Part shown: positions 13,601-27,200 of the stretch, piece by piece
Numbering within the stretch: position 1 is the first letter of the stretch
How the letters are laid out: each line of letters starts with the position of its first letter
From: Octopus vulgaris
Lineage: Eukaryota
NCBI GenBank assembly: GCA_951406725.2
Contig: OX597817.1
Location: 42,842,001 to 42,906,000 of the forward strand
Length of the DNA: 64,000 nt
Reading direction: 5' to 3'
Translations under genes and position numbers: made by a program
Notes under the pieces: generated by a model
What the model was told of the DNA's origin: nothing
The model's database searches: none
What the model saw: the letters and a program-made list of their open reading frames with translations, nothing else

Positions 13601-14773
13601 ATATATTTACAGCCAGCTGCCTGGGTCTAATTTTATCTTGTCATTAATCTTGGAGAGGTTTAATACCAGGGACAACTATATGTTCTGAGTTCAGATATGG
13701 CTGGGATCAACTTTGGTCTTTATCTTTATGGGGTCAATAACATAAAGTAGCAATCAAGTACTGGAATCTGTTAAATTGGCTGTACTCCTTGTGCTTATGA
13801 TAGAAATCTTGTGCTTATAATAGAAATCATCGTAGAGAACATATGCAAAATAGCAGACACTTTTAAGATGTATAGTATGAAAAATTATAATTTTACCTAA
13901 CACTTTATTTTAGGCAGTAACTGAGAAATAATTTTCTCAGAGATCATATCAAAATGATGTTCCTTCTATATAATGCTTACAAAAGTGAACATAAACACAG
14001 GTTTCAAATTTAGTAAATGTTATGATTTCCTAAACAAGATATTGATGTAATGTGGTATACCATCTAAATTACAGCATATAGAATTAATGTTTGTTTCCAT
14101 TGAAAACAAAAGCAGTGAGCTTTACTTTCATGTAACTACTTGTTTAATCACATATCCTCTATAATGTAACATTCAAGCTAATTCTACCTCATTTTACTGG
14201 ATTTTTTTTTTTTTTTTTTTGCTTTTTGGAAGAAAGTCACTGAACAAAATATAATAACATATTGAAATTCACAAATTTTTACAATTCACAGCAATTACTT
14301 TAAAGATGAAATTGCCAGTTTTGCTGACAGAAATCTTTCGTATTGCTTCTAAAACCATTTAAATACAGTATACTTCCTTTGACTTGGCACAAGATCTCAT
14401 TTTGTATAAGCAAATGTGTAGTCAGTCAAATTAATAACATTGTGTTACTGGTACTTATTGATCTTGAAGAGATGAAAGGAAAAACTGACACTTGTGTGAT
14501 TTGAACCCAAAATATGGGTTTCAAATGTTGGCACAAGGCCAGCAATTTTGGGGGAGGGAAATAGTTCATTATATTAAACCCAGTGCTCTACTGGTAATTA
14601 TTTTATCAACTCCAAAGGGATGAAAGGCAAAGTCAACCTCAGCAGAATTTGAACTTAGGGTGTAAAGTCAGACGAAATGCTGTAAAGCATTTTGCCTGGC
14701 ATGCTAATGATTCTGCCAGCTAACTGCTTTTTTTAAACCCAAAATATTAATTTCTAATTTTGGCATCCAAGGT

Positions 14774-14819
<46 letters not shown>

Positions 14820-17800
14820 TCGTCGTTGACTTACGACCGATTGACTTTACAGCAATTGGCGCGCCAGCTCCCAGTAGCAATAATAAATAATCCAGTTGAA
14901 ATCTAATGGGTTTAATTTCTTAGAAATTAACCCATCTATGGATGATGTCAACTAACAAATGCTTCCCCTAGATTTGGTTATCGATCGCCCCTGTGTTGAA
15001 TGACTATCCTGTTGTGGAGACATCAAGGCAACCTCATATTTGTTTATATGATGACTGCTTGAAACTCCAAAATTTTTTACTAATGCTAGTATTATAGTAT
15101 AATACAGAATGTTGTGTGTGACTTTTACCTGAGAATGTACCTTAAGAATGTAAAAATATAAAACAAAGCTAAGTCGGCCTATAGGCCAACTTACAACCAA
15201 ATTGACTTACAACCAGTTGGAACCAATTGTGATCGTAGGTCGACAACGACTTGTATATACAGGCAAGGGACATAGCTGATTGAGTCAATCACAGTACATT
15301 ATCTGCAATTATTTTCTCAATCATGGAAAAGTCAGTCTCTTAGATTGTTACATCTAGTCCCACATTCTGCTGTGTTTTTGTAATCTCCACCTTCATTTGA
15401 ACTCAAAGTATTGGGGGAAGAAAATGATACTATACTACATTTATTCTATCATTCCACCATTTATGCCAGCTAGTTACACTTATAGGTGCCATAATCCTTT
15501 TCTACTATAGGCACAAGGCCAGCAGTTTTAGAGAGAGAGAAATTTGATTACATTGACCCCCCCCCCCCCGTACTTTACTTGGTTAGTACTTTTATTTACC
15601 TTGAAAGGATGAAAGGCAAAGTTGACCTTGGTGGGATTTGAACTCAGAATGTAAAAACTCCTGTACAAGTTTCACTTTTAGTACATAACTTCAATGACAA
15701 ATATCAGAATGTGACCTATACAGGAAGTTAAGAAATCTTGTATTATGTATAACAGTTTTGTGCAAAATGAGATGCAACTTATCTATGAGTAAACATCGTT
15801 GGTCGTTGTTTAAACCTCACAAAGGCAGAAAGAGCAATGTGGCAACCAAATTTTATTTAGTTTATATCCTGTTTTCCTCTATGTCCTGTATCATTCCAGG
15901 TTTGATCAAATAAGTATCAGTCAACACCCAAGTTGATTCAATGGACTAATATATGCTTCTTTTCTATGAATTGTGGCTTTGTGCCAATATAAGAGGTTGT
16001 GTGGGTTTTTTTTTTTGTTTTTGAAATTTAAAATCTTTATTTTGAACCATCTAAGCACATTTTAAATAAATATTTAAATACAAATATTTAAATAGGTGCA
16101 GGAGTGGCTGTGTGGTAAGTAGCTTGTTTACCAACCACATTGTTCTGGGTTCAGTCCCACTGCGTGGCACCTTGAGCAAGTGTCTTCTACTATAGCCTCG
16201 GGTCGACCAAAGCCTTGTGAGTGTATTTGGTAGACGGAAACTGAAAGAAGCCCGTTGTATATATGTATATATATATTTGTGTGTCTGTGTTTGTCCCCCC
16301 CAACATCGCTTGACAACCGATGCTGGTGTGTTTACGTCCCCGTAACTTAGCGGTTCGGCAAAAGAGACCGATAGAATAAGTTCTAAGCTTACAAAAATAA
16401 CTCATCGGGTCAATTTGCTCGACTAAAGGTAGTGCTCCAGCATGGCCGCTGTCAAATGACTGAAACAACTAAAAGAGTAAAAGAGAACGGAAAAAGAAAA
16501 AAAAGTGGTGAGGTTAAGCTGCAGATGGAAGGAGAGGAGGCAATAGACCACCCCAGAACAAATGGGGTATTCAGCTGTGTCCTGCTGTCATCATGACCCT
16601 GATGGTGTTGCTGTGGAGAATGGCCAGTGATATTCACTGCAGGAGCCACTCCACCTCACAAGGCTCGTTTCTCAGATGGACTGCTGTTATTTTGACTTTG
16701 CTGAGGAAATCAGTAATGCGGGGTCTGAAAACTCTTGAGGTCTTGATGGCAACTGACACAAAATGATAGCAGCCAGTCAGGCCCCTATATTTATTTATAG
16801 GAAATTGTTATTTAAACGTTGCAAACCATCATTTTTGCTTGTCTGAAATCCTTCTGGGAAATCTATGCTACCTTCAGCCTCAATGAACTGATGAAATATT
16901 GCTTTACTAACATGTTGATACTGAATTAATTTGATAGAATTGGCCAATAAAAATAAAATACTATGCCATGAAATATGGAGAACTCTAGAAATTACCCCAC
17001 TATCAAAACCGAGTTAACTCAGTTCCTGCACAATAAAGGTGACAAACATTTTCTGCAGGTGGACAAGTCTATCTGGAAAAAATTTTATACGAATTTTTTT
17101 ATACATAGCACATTCATAATTGTTGGCTCAAATATTTGTGAGTCTTTTCTGAGAAGCAGAGAGACATTCTATATCCAGTTTGGTAAAGGACTGAAGGAGA
17201 GGTTTAAAACCTACCCTAAATAAAGCCTTCAGTTGTATCAAAAGATGTGCAAAGCAAACTTTCGTTAAGATAGCAATATACCTTTCATCTTTTTACTTGT
17301 TTTGGTCCCGTGTCGCGGCCATGCTGTGGCACCTCCTTTAATTTTTAGTCGAATGAATGGACACCAGTTCCTTTCTTAAACCTGATACTTATTGTATCAG
17401 TTGCTTTTGTTGAACTGCAAAGTTACAGGGGCATAAACACTAACACCAGTTATGAAGCAGTGTGGGACACACACACGCGATGGGCTTCTTTCGGATTCTG
17501 TCTACCAAAACCACTCACAAGGCTTTGGTTAACCTGAGGCCATAGTAGAAGACTCCTGCTCAAGGTGCCATGCAGTGGAAGTTTATTGAATTATGTCTTA
17601 TAAGTCACAGACTCTCTGCTAGACTTAGATGCAGAAATAGAGCCCTGATAGACACTAAAAGATTCTGTTAAATTTGTTAAATTATTTTTACATTGTTAGA
17701 TTTTTTTTTTCTTTAAAAATGATATGCTTCTGATGGATATTGAGACAAGTAATGTCCATGTGTATTGTTAATGTAGACTTATTGATTAATCTTGCTGATT

Positions 17801-19210
17801 CTATGCAAATATGTTCCAAAAATAAATTTAAATACTATGGTTATACCAAAAGGAATTTGTTTTTCTTCTCTTTTCTTTTTTCTGTTTTTTTAACTCTTCC
17901 TGTCATGAAACCAACTACAATAGGGAACAATTTGCTGGAATTGAAATTTCTTTTGCAGAACATTGTTTTATTTTATTTACATTTAAACATTGATTCCCTA
18001 GGGACCAGACTATTACCATTTAATAGTTTTAAAACATTAAAAAATCAGTTTAGTAGAGAGAAGTATATATGTATAAATCATTTAAACGTATAAATATAAC
18101 TTCAGTATACTTATTTAAAAATAAAAAAAAACTGTTCATGCTGTGTTGGTATATTAGTAATTAGATTATATTGTATTTTGTCTTGTTTTTGTTACGTATT
18201 TAATGTATGTAATTGTTGCTGCTCTTGACTTAAGACTTGAATTATAACACATACTGTTAGAATTTGTGCTTTAGTAAAATTGAGGTTAAGTAGACTCATT
18301 ACGTACAAGTTTCTGTTATATTTACCATTGCTTGTCCTATAGTCCTCGTTTGATGCTTTCTGTAACCTTTTGATGTAACATAGGTCACTGATAAGATTGC
18401 AGTTTTCATTTGATAAGAATGTATATTTCTCTCAAGGTATCCATTTTGTTTCGCTCATATAGTCATAGACCTTAATAGGACAGAGGAGTCCTCAAACTTG
18501 GAAAGTGGGTTTTCTACTGTTGGTGTCCACATCAAATATTTTCCTTTGTTTTGCTCATGATAGTTCAAGCTAACAGATAATGGGATAAATAATGCCTGGC
18601 CTTCATAAGACTAGTGCTAGTGTCATTATGAATACACTTTCCTTCATTGTCTCAGTTGTCGATGATGCAAAAAAGAATCCAACAGTAAAAATCTCAGACC
18701 AAAACTCAAACAAAACATTGCAATCAGAAACATTAAAATATGCTGAGTCACATATATTGCATTGTTTCAGTAAATGTTAGAGTTTGTAATGACTTGAGGG
18801 TTGCTGTATTTTAAATATGTCTGATTCTTGCATTTAAAAAAATGATGATATATTTATCATCATCATTTTAAATCCGGGTTTTGTCTCCGTTAATGGGGGT
18901 GGTCAAATTTATCTCAATGCCATAGCAACTGAGGTAGGCAAGTTCAGCCCACCCCAACATTTAGACTGGCTGGTACCCATTCTCCTTTGCTATCTTGTGG
19001 CTTTTTTGGAGCTTGATTTTCTATGGGGAGCTTGCCCTTGCTTACCCCCAGTTTCTAGATATGAGCGGTCCCAAGACCAAGGCCTCTACTATGACTTTTA
19101 AAAAATGTGGTGGAAAACTAGGTCAGGAAGGCAGGGATGCTTCTCCCTATATATATATATATGGACCTTAATAGGACAAGAATCCTTAAACTTGGAAAGT
19201 GAGTTTCTAA

Positions 19211-19243
<33 letters not shown>

Positions 19244-21214
19244 TTATATATATATATCAAATCATCATCATTTAACGTCCATTTTCCATGCTAGCATGGG
19301 TTGGACAGTTCGACTGGGGATTCTAGGAAGCCATGAGGCTGCACCAGGTTCCAGTCTGATCTGGCAGTGTTTCTACAGCTGGATGCCCTTCCTAACACCA
19401 ACCACCTTACAGAGTGTACTGGGTGCTTTTTACACAGTACCAACGTACTTATATATATCCTAGATGACTAAATCAATAGTATCTTTACCTGTTGATTGAG
19501 TGGTGAATGACATGTACCTCACCATCAGTATCTTGTATCCACTGACTAGAAGATTTAATCTGTGCTAGCTAAGATATAAATTTTGAAGCCTAGTGCTATG
19601 AGTTTAAGATGCTGGGATTTTGATCGCATGGTCTGATGTGTTCATTTCTCACTAGAACTATTATTTTGTGTTTGTAATTGTTTTTCATCCCACCTTTACT
19701 CTGATTCCATTCCAATTCCATGGATTAGAGCTTCTACATCTAAAACAATTATACCAATGGATTTAGAAATAAGCAAATATTTTTGAAAACTACCTTACTC
19801 GTGCAAGCATGGGGACTGGATGTAAAAAGAAACCTGAAATCCATGTGCAGATATACAATTTTGCAAAAAATATCTATAAATATGTTAGCATGAGAGAAAT
19901 AAAATATTTTAAATATTTTGAATCACCCTACACTAAAAAAATATTTTAAATCACCCCCCCCCCCCCAGCACATCATAGCCCTTTTTCCATACTGATAAGG
20001 GTTGGATGGTTTTTCTACAGCTGAAAGCCCTCCCTAACGCCAGCCATTTAACAGTGTGTACTGGGTGCTTTTTATGTAGCATTAGCACCAGTGGAGCCAC
20101 CAAATACCTACAAGATAAAACCCCTCAACTGAGCAGAGTTTATACTGGCAAAATAAGAAACTTATGATAGAGGGAGGGGAGTGGGTGTCTTGTTGAAGAG
20201 GTGACTACGTAGCCTGCCCACCTGGAAAGTGAGAGTGAGGTCCAGATACAACATGAATATGAGATAGAATAGAAAGTGCAGTAAGTGAAAATAGTGTGAC
20301 AGATGGTTAGAGATAGGAAATGAGTTGGATGTAGAGGATATCAGTTCAGTGTAGCGAGAAGTGAAAACAAAACAAAAGATGAGTTGTGGCAGAAGACTTG
20401 GCAGAGCCTCAATTCTGCTAAGATGGACATGTCTTCTTAAGCACAGCATAACACCATTCATCTTGGGCCCCCATCATCTCTGAGAGGCTCAACACCTTGA
20501 GATCAGTCTTCACTTCGTCTCGCAGCTTCCTTGGTCTCCCTCTTCCATGTGCTCCTTCCACATTTAACGATCAGCACTTCTTTATACAGCTGTCCTCATT
20601 CATCCGCATCACATTTTGTTTTGTCATTCATTTTTATGCTTATGCAAATGCCTTTGGAAAAGTGTTTCTTTGAAATGTTTGTTGATAATTAAAAGAATCA
20701 CTGATAAAAAGATTTTTTAGAAATTTAACTCCTCCTTTCTGGAGAGATAAGACTGCAGCAACATTAAATAATAAAAAGTAAAGTGACCTTGGTGATAACT
20801 GGTGACAATAAATGTTTGCATTTCTTATTGTATAATTGTTGACCTTCCCACTCAATTTTACAATTGCTGTTTTAACATATTTATAGTTATTTATTTATAT
20901 GAACTGTCAGGCCTTGTTTTTGCTTATTATGAAACCATACCACTGACCAATTTCAATTAAATTGGATTTAACTAGTTTATAGGTCACACGTTTTATGAAA
21001 GCATACATCTTATTTTTTCTTAATTTTACTGAATATTTAATAAATACATATAGGATTGCTGAAAATAAGAAAATTTGTTAATGCATTTTGTCAAAAGATT
21101 TTATTTCAATAATATAAAGCAAACATTTTGAAGTGTCCTTTTACAACTTAAGAAAACTGCAAATATCTTTGCTGTGTATGTGGGTGAGAGCAGAGCGATC
21201 AAAGTTGAACTATG

Positions 21215-21257
<43 letters not shown>

Positions 21258-24200
21258 CAGCTCTTACATAATGTCTGAAGCTAATAGATACAGATCATAA
21301 TCAAGGATTTGTAATAAATATGGCTGGTTGGACATGACAGGATGAATTTTCAAAAAGAAAGAAATGTTAAAATGACTTTACAAAATATTACAAAACTGAA
21401 ACCCAATTCTTGCTGAATCTTTAATCCTATATGTCAACAATTAGATTAAACTAAAAAATATTAGAATTATTGGTCTGTGAGTTTTCCCTCTTGTTGAAGT
21501 TGCAGATATGAGCTTGTAAGGAAATGCAGATAATGAAATTCCATCAACTTCACTTCAGTTACATAGTAAACCCAATATTACATTGGAATCTTAATAAAAT
21601 TAAAACTGCAAAACAAACTCTATGGTCTTGAAAATTGTGTTAAGAGATATTTCTGATACAATTTTTTATAAAGACAAGTTCAGTAGTGTTGCAACAGCTG
21701 TATTAGACAAGATATATCCTTGTTCACCTGTATTTCAATAGTTGCAAAATTTTTATAACCGAGACCAAAGCAATTCGTATATACCTATGTAAAAGCTAAC
21801 ATACTTACTGCTGTAAGTATCGAAAAGCTAAGAAGGAATAATTATGTGGTAAGGAAAAGACAACATTAGCTCAATGACTAATAGTGTTTTAGTCATTTTG
21901 GTAAGTACAAGGAAGAAATCTGATGTTTTGGTCATGTTAGACATTCACAATTTGTACACCGCGCTGTTCTTGCTAGAGTAGTGCTGAGAGAATCACTAAG
22001 TGGATGTACACTATTATATGTGAGGAGGTTTGAAACATTAGCATATTTAAAAAATAAATCATTGAGGTTAATTATTCAGATATAATATTTGTATAATACT
22101 TATACAACTCTCAAGTACGTTGAAGATAATAAAACTACAAGAACAAACTTTCTGATTCACTAACATAACTGCAAGCAGTTCAAGATCCAAAATCAAAGCT
22201 ATTTTGCATCTTGAGAAGTCTACTAAAGGAAGATTCTTCTGTTTTTTAATTATGATAATAAATTAATTTTCAAATTAGTCTGAGTAGTAGGAAGGTTGTG
22301 TCTAGTCTATGCATGATCCCAAGACTGGTAAGATTAATCTTCCAAGACTTGTAAGATTAATGGTGATTAATCTTGAAGTCAACATCTGCAGATTTAAAAA
22401 AATATATATAGATTGGGGAGGGAATTCCAGTGGTCCTGATTTAAATGGATATGCAAGTAGCAAGTTTAGAAAGACACTGGTCATTTGTAGTAGCTGTTGT
22501 TTTGACTTTAGAAGAGATGGAAATAAGTTAGAAAAAGTTTGTAAGTATATAAGTGAACAGACCTCTGCCATTCAGCCATATAGCAACACTGTTGTAGATA
22601 TGGTAGGAGCACTTTAATATCAGTTATACTTGAGCTTTGAAGAGGGTCAACAACTGATGTTTTTTGGTTCTGAAGGGGTTACCTAGTCTTTGGGTTGAGG
22701 TTTGGCAATGTTATATATGTAGGGGTGGGGAAGTCATTACAAGACACTATCAGAGAATGTGAGACAACATTGGCATTGAGTTCAAGAGCTTTAATCTTTT
22801 AATATTCAAACAGGCCATATCCAGCCCAAATATTTTATGCTTTATGTTCAAACTGGCCAGATCTGGCATCTCACACCTACCCTACAATGACATTCAAAAA
22901 ATAAACCATCTCATCATTAAAATCTTGAAGCTATGAGATAATACATGAATTCTAAACAATGTGAATAAATAAGCATTACATTTGACTGAGTAACCTAAAT
23001 GCTAAAGAGTTAATTGTGTGCTGTTTGTATAGAGAGGGTATGACACAACTGTCTCCTCAATATGTACCATAATTGTGATTTTATGTTGTTGAACGTTTGA
23101 ATGTCCGCTATTGAAAGATATTTTCAAGGTTCAATCTGTTCATGGAGGTAGTGTAGGTTGCTTGTGGATAACACCTTTGTGCTTGAAGGTCAAGGAGGAG
23201 TGAAGGGTTGTAATATCTGTATGAGAATGTGACAAGAAATAGATTAATAGGCTGTTAATGTGCAGAGAGATGAGTGTGAGAAACAAAATAGAACCCTGGG
23301 GTACACCAAAGTTAATAGATTGTGGTTCAGAGAGAGCTCTATCAATGCATGTTGCTACAGAGCTGCTTCAATGTGAGTGGAACTCATAGGAAAGCAGCTT
23401 AAACAGATGACTTGAGAGAGAGAGAGAGATGTCCTCAATACAAAATAAATAGTGTTGTTGGTTGGAGGAGTTCAGAGAGTGATAGAGATACCTGATGTAT
23501 TTAGAGGAATGGAGAAGATAGACTACACGAGAAGCCTTTGTTGTTGATATCCAAGTGAGAAAGGTGGGTGGTGTAGAGAGTAGATGTTACATAAGTGCAG
23601 ACACAATGAAGCTGGAATATAGACTTAAACAGCAGAGTTTTATTAGAGATAGAAGATGAGAGATTTGTTGCTGAGGATAGAGAACAGTTGTAATATACAT
23701 GGTAGTGGTTGCTGATATAAGTGGTAACTTGCTATAGCCTATATCCACTGAGGTACCAGCTATTTGAGACAGATTGTGCTAGTTTCCTTACTTGTATCTT
23801 TTACATTGCTTCTAAAATGAACAATGATTGCTGACCCCTACATTCATTTTACTTCCACTAGTCCATCATCAGCCTACTCATATTAACATTTCCATCCTTT
23901 TTTTTTTTTGTGCTCATTATCACTGAGATACCCTAATGTCATTACATACCACTTCACCTAAATGATATCCTCATTCATACCAACACACTGCCTTGTGACT
24001 GAAACCACCTCACACCTCTCTTCTTCATAGCTCAGAATATTAAGAAATCTGCTCTCAACTTCTCTCCTTGTTAGACAACCTGATATCTTGCTTCCTGCCT
24101 TACTTCCAAACATTGCTCCTTTTTATATCATCCTATCTCTTAGAGCCCTGGCTCTATCCACTATTCTTTCACTACTGTGTTGTCTGCTTCCTGACTGGTT

Positions 24201-27200
24201 TCTGTTCTGTCCAAAGGACTGACCACTGGCTTGCAGCAGATTGTCTCTCAGAAATGTCTCTGGTTATAATTACAGATTCCTTTCTAATTAATGATCAATT
24301 AAGGATGTAAGGAAATTATATAAAATAAATGATAACAACTACAGGAGAAAAACAAAACTTGTACTAATTGTAATTTTAATCATCTTCATCATCATCATCG
24401 TCATTTAACGCCTGCTTTCCATTTTTAACTTCTAAGAATCTGTTCTGAATTCATCTGGCATATTATAGCCATTGTTGGTTTTTATTTTCAAATGTACAGT
24501 TTCAGTAAACCATTTGTTACATTTTGAATAACACATTTTCTTTTGGCTGCACGCACACACATGGAGAACAGCTTTTCTTTCCACTGTGTGGTATTAAAAA
24601 CACAACTCTGTTCTAATTTTTTTTTTTTTTTTCATTGAAGTTTACTCATATCTTCTTAGTGATCCTTATAAATCATTTGGAACAATAAAGTTCCCAAATT
24701 CATTGTTATCAATGTTTCCAGTCTATTGCAGCCTCATCTGCGGGATGTGAAATATTTTTGGCTTCTCTGCTGTCCTTTTTATATTGGGTGGTTTATGTTT
24801 ATACAGACTTTCTTACAAGAATTTGATTGTTAGATATTATAAAAGATTTCAGGGCAGCAAGCTGGCAGAATCATTAGTACGCTGGGCAAAATGCTTAGTG
24901 GTATTTTGTCTGCCCTTACATTCTGAGTTCAAATGCTGCCAAGGTCAACTTTGCCTTTCATCCTTTTGGATTCAATAAATTAAGTACCAGTGAAACACTG
25001 GGGGGTCAATATAATCAACTAGTCCCCTCCCCCCAAATTTCAGGCATTGTGCCTTTAGTAGAAAGGATTATTAAGGCAGCAAGCTGGCAGAATGGCTAGC
25101 ACGCTGGGCAAAATGCTTAGTGGCATTTTGTCCGTTCTTATGCTCTGAGTTCAAATTCTGCCAAGGTCAACTTTGCCTTTCATCCTTTCAGGGTTGATAA
25201 AATAAGTACCAGTTGAGCACTGGTGGCCATTGTAATTGACTGAACCTGCCATCCTTGTGTCAAAATTTTAAACTAGTGTTATAAAAGGTTGCTTTACTGG
25301 CTGTCATATTCCAGGTCTGAATACTATCTTTTGGTGGGTGGATTATTCTTTGATACCTCAACACATTGTTTGTTATATCCAGTAACCATCTAAGGTGTTA
25401 AACTTTTCTTATTTCTATTATACAGCACCATTCTACTATGATTAGCATGAAAAATAGTTGGAAATTATTATTATTATTATCGAAGTTGATAGCCCCATGT
25501 TGATATTTAAAGAAAAGATACTTTATTTCACAACCTACACTGAATTTTGTGTAAAAACATCAAATGAGATTTTGATCTTATATTATTTAATTTTTAGAAA
25601 CTATTCATTCGTGATCACCCTTCCTGTTTATAAAGATCATTTTTGTTGATATTTTTGCCAGATGTTTCTTTCCCCTTATTTTTTTGGGGGGGGGGGATTT
25701 TTATTTTATCAATTTTAACACTTGAAAATTTCTTGATTTTAGTTTGCAAATTTGTTTAGTTTACAAAGTCATAAAAATGTGAAAAGTGGAAGTAGTGCTT
25801 ATAGCAAAACTATGTAAGTTATTGACTTACTAGCTTCATTTCACTAATAGATGATGGCACCGATTCTGCTCTTTCTGCTGGGGAGTCTGCATTGCTGAGT
25901 AGACTACACTGACATCCTTTGTTTTGTTGTAATAGTTAAATTGTGAACAAGGTTTTGGAGAAAAACAAAAAACTGGTTGAGGAAAAAATAATTTGGAATT
26001 TATAAACAAATAACCTAAATTAGACATAGTTTGCTATGTATCTAGTGGAACAATAACTAGTTGTACTTTACTGTGATAGTATAATATAGTCGGCATAGAA
26101 ATGAATATCTTTTCCAAAGTGCATGTCATACATTTTTGTATTATATTTATTAATTGAGAAGAAAGATATATTTAGCTATCTAAAGTTATACATCTTTCTG
26201 TTAATAGAAAGAGATATGTTTGTATATACTAAATATTCTGTATTTTTCCTTCCTGTTAGAATATTCTCAACAACAACAACAAAATAGATAAGTGAAATAA
26301 AATAAAACTTTCAGCAGATTTAAGATATAAAATTTCAGCAAATGAAAATAATGGACAAACTATGCTGCAAGCCCATGAAAGAATGACCACAAGCGTTAGT
26401 GATAAGGAGAAGACAATGATCTTTTTTGACTGTCAAGAGCTTTATTGTTAAGCCTTCAAACTTTATTAACATAGTGTTGGACATAACTAATATCTAGAAA
26501 TATAATTCTGTACAATTGATTCAAATCCATGACATTATTCTGATGGTACCATTAGAATATGGACTGAATTATCTAATCTGGCTTGTAATTGTTATGAAAA
26601 TGCAGCACAACAATACATGCTTCTGTTTTTTATTCAAGTAGGAAATTGAATAAATTAATGCCAAAAATGGCATTACAGTTAAATGACATTTAAATAAATT
26701 TATAAAAATAGCTAGTGTTTTATCATTGTTATGTTTAAGCTTGTAGCTCTATAGAAATACTTTTTGTAATTGAAAATTTTTATCATGTTGATCTATTGTA
26801 CACAAGTTGAGGGCCCCTGTCTGCAGATTCATATTATGTTTCTAGCATATATTCTCTATCTTTGTCTTTGTTGACCTTGTTTTACAACCTTTTCTTCATT
26901 GTTTGCAGACTACAGAATCTTTAATAACATGGAACTCTTCATTGCACAGGAAATTTATTCTTATTCTTTACAGACTTAAATAAATGACAAATTTAAGTAT
27001 TATATTTTTTTTGAATGTGCTTTTTTCCCCCTCATTAATTAACGTTTCTTTTTGATATTTTCAGGAGGTTTTCCGTTACAAGGTAGATTACCAAGTCTCT
27101 TTATATATAGTTGCTGTTCTTGAATATATTGCTGCTGACATACTTAAGGTAACACAATATTTTTCTTTAGATTTATTGTTCTCTGTCCTGCTATTATAGT

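Noticed and set aside
16095-16170. tRNA gene
   Set aside because: A/B-box-like motifs continue into a multi-copy SINE body and no full cloverleaf is evident.
16975-17223. Cryptic exon or ORF with a ctgcag|gtg acceptor
   Set aside because: No similarity to SOS or any domain I recognise, and exons A and B already join collinearly.
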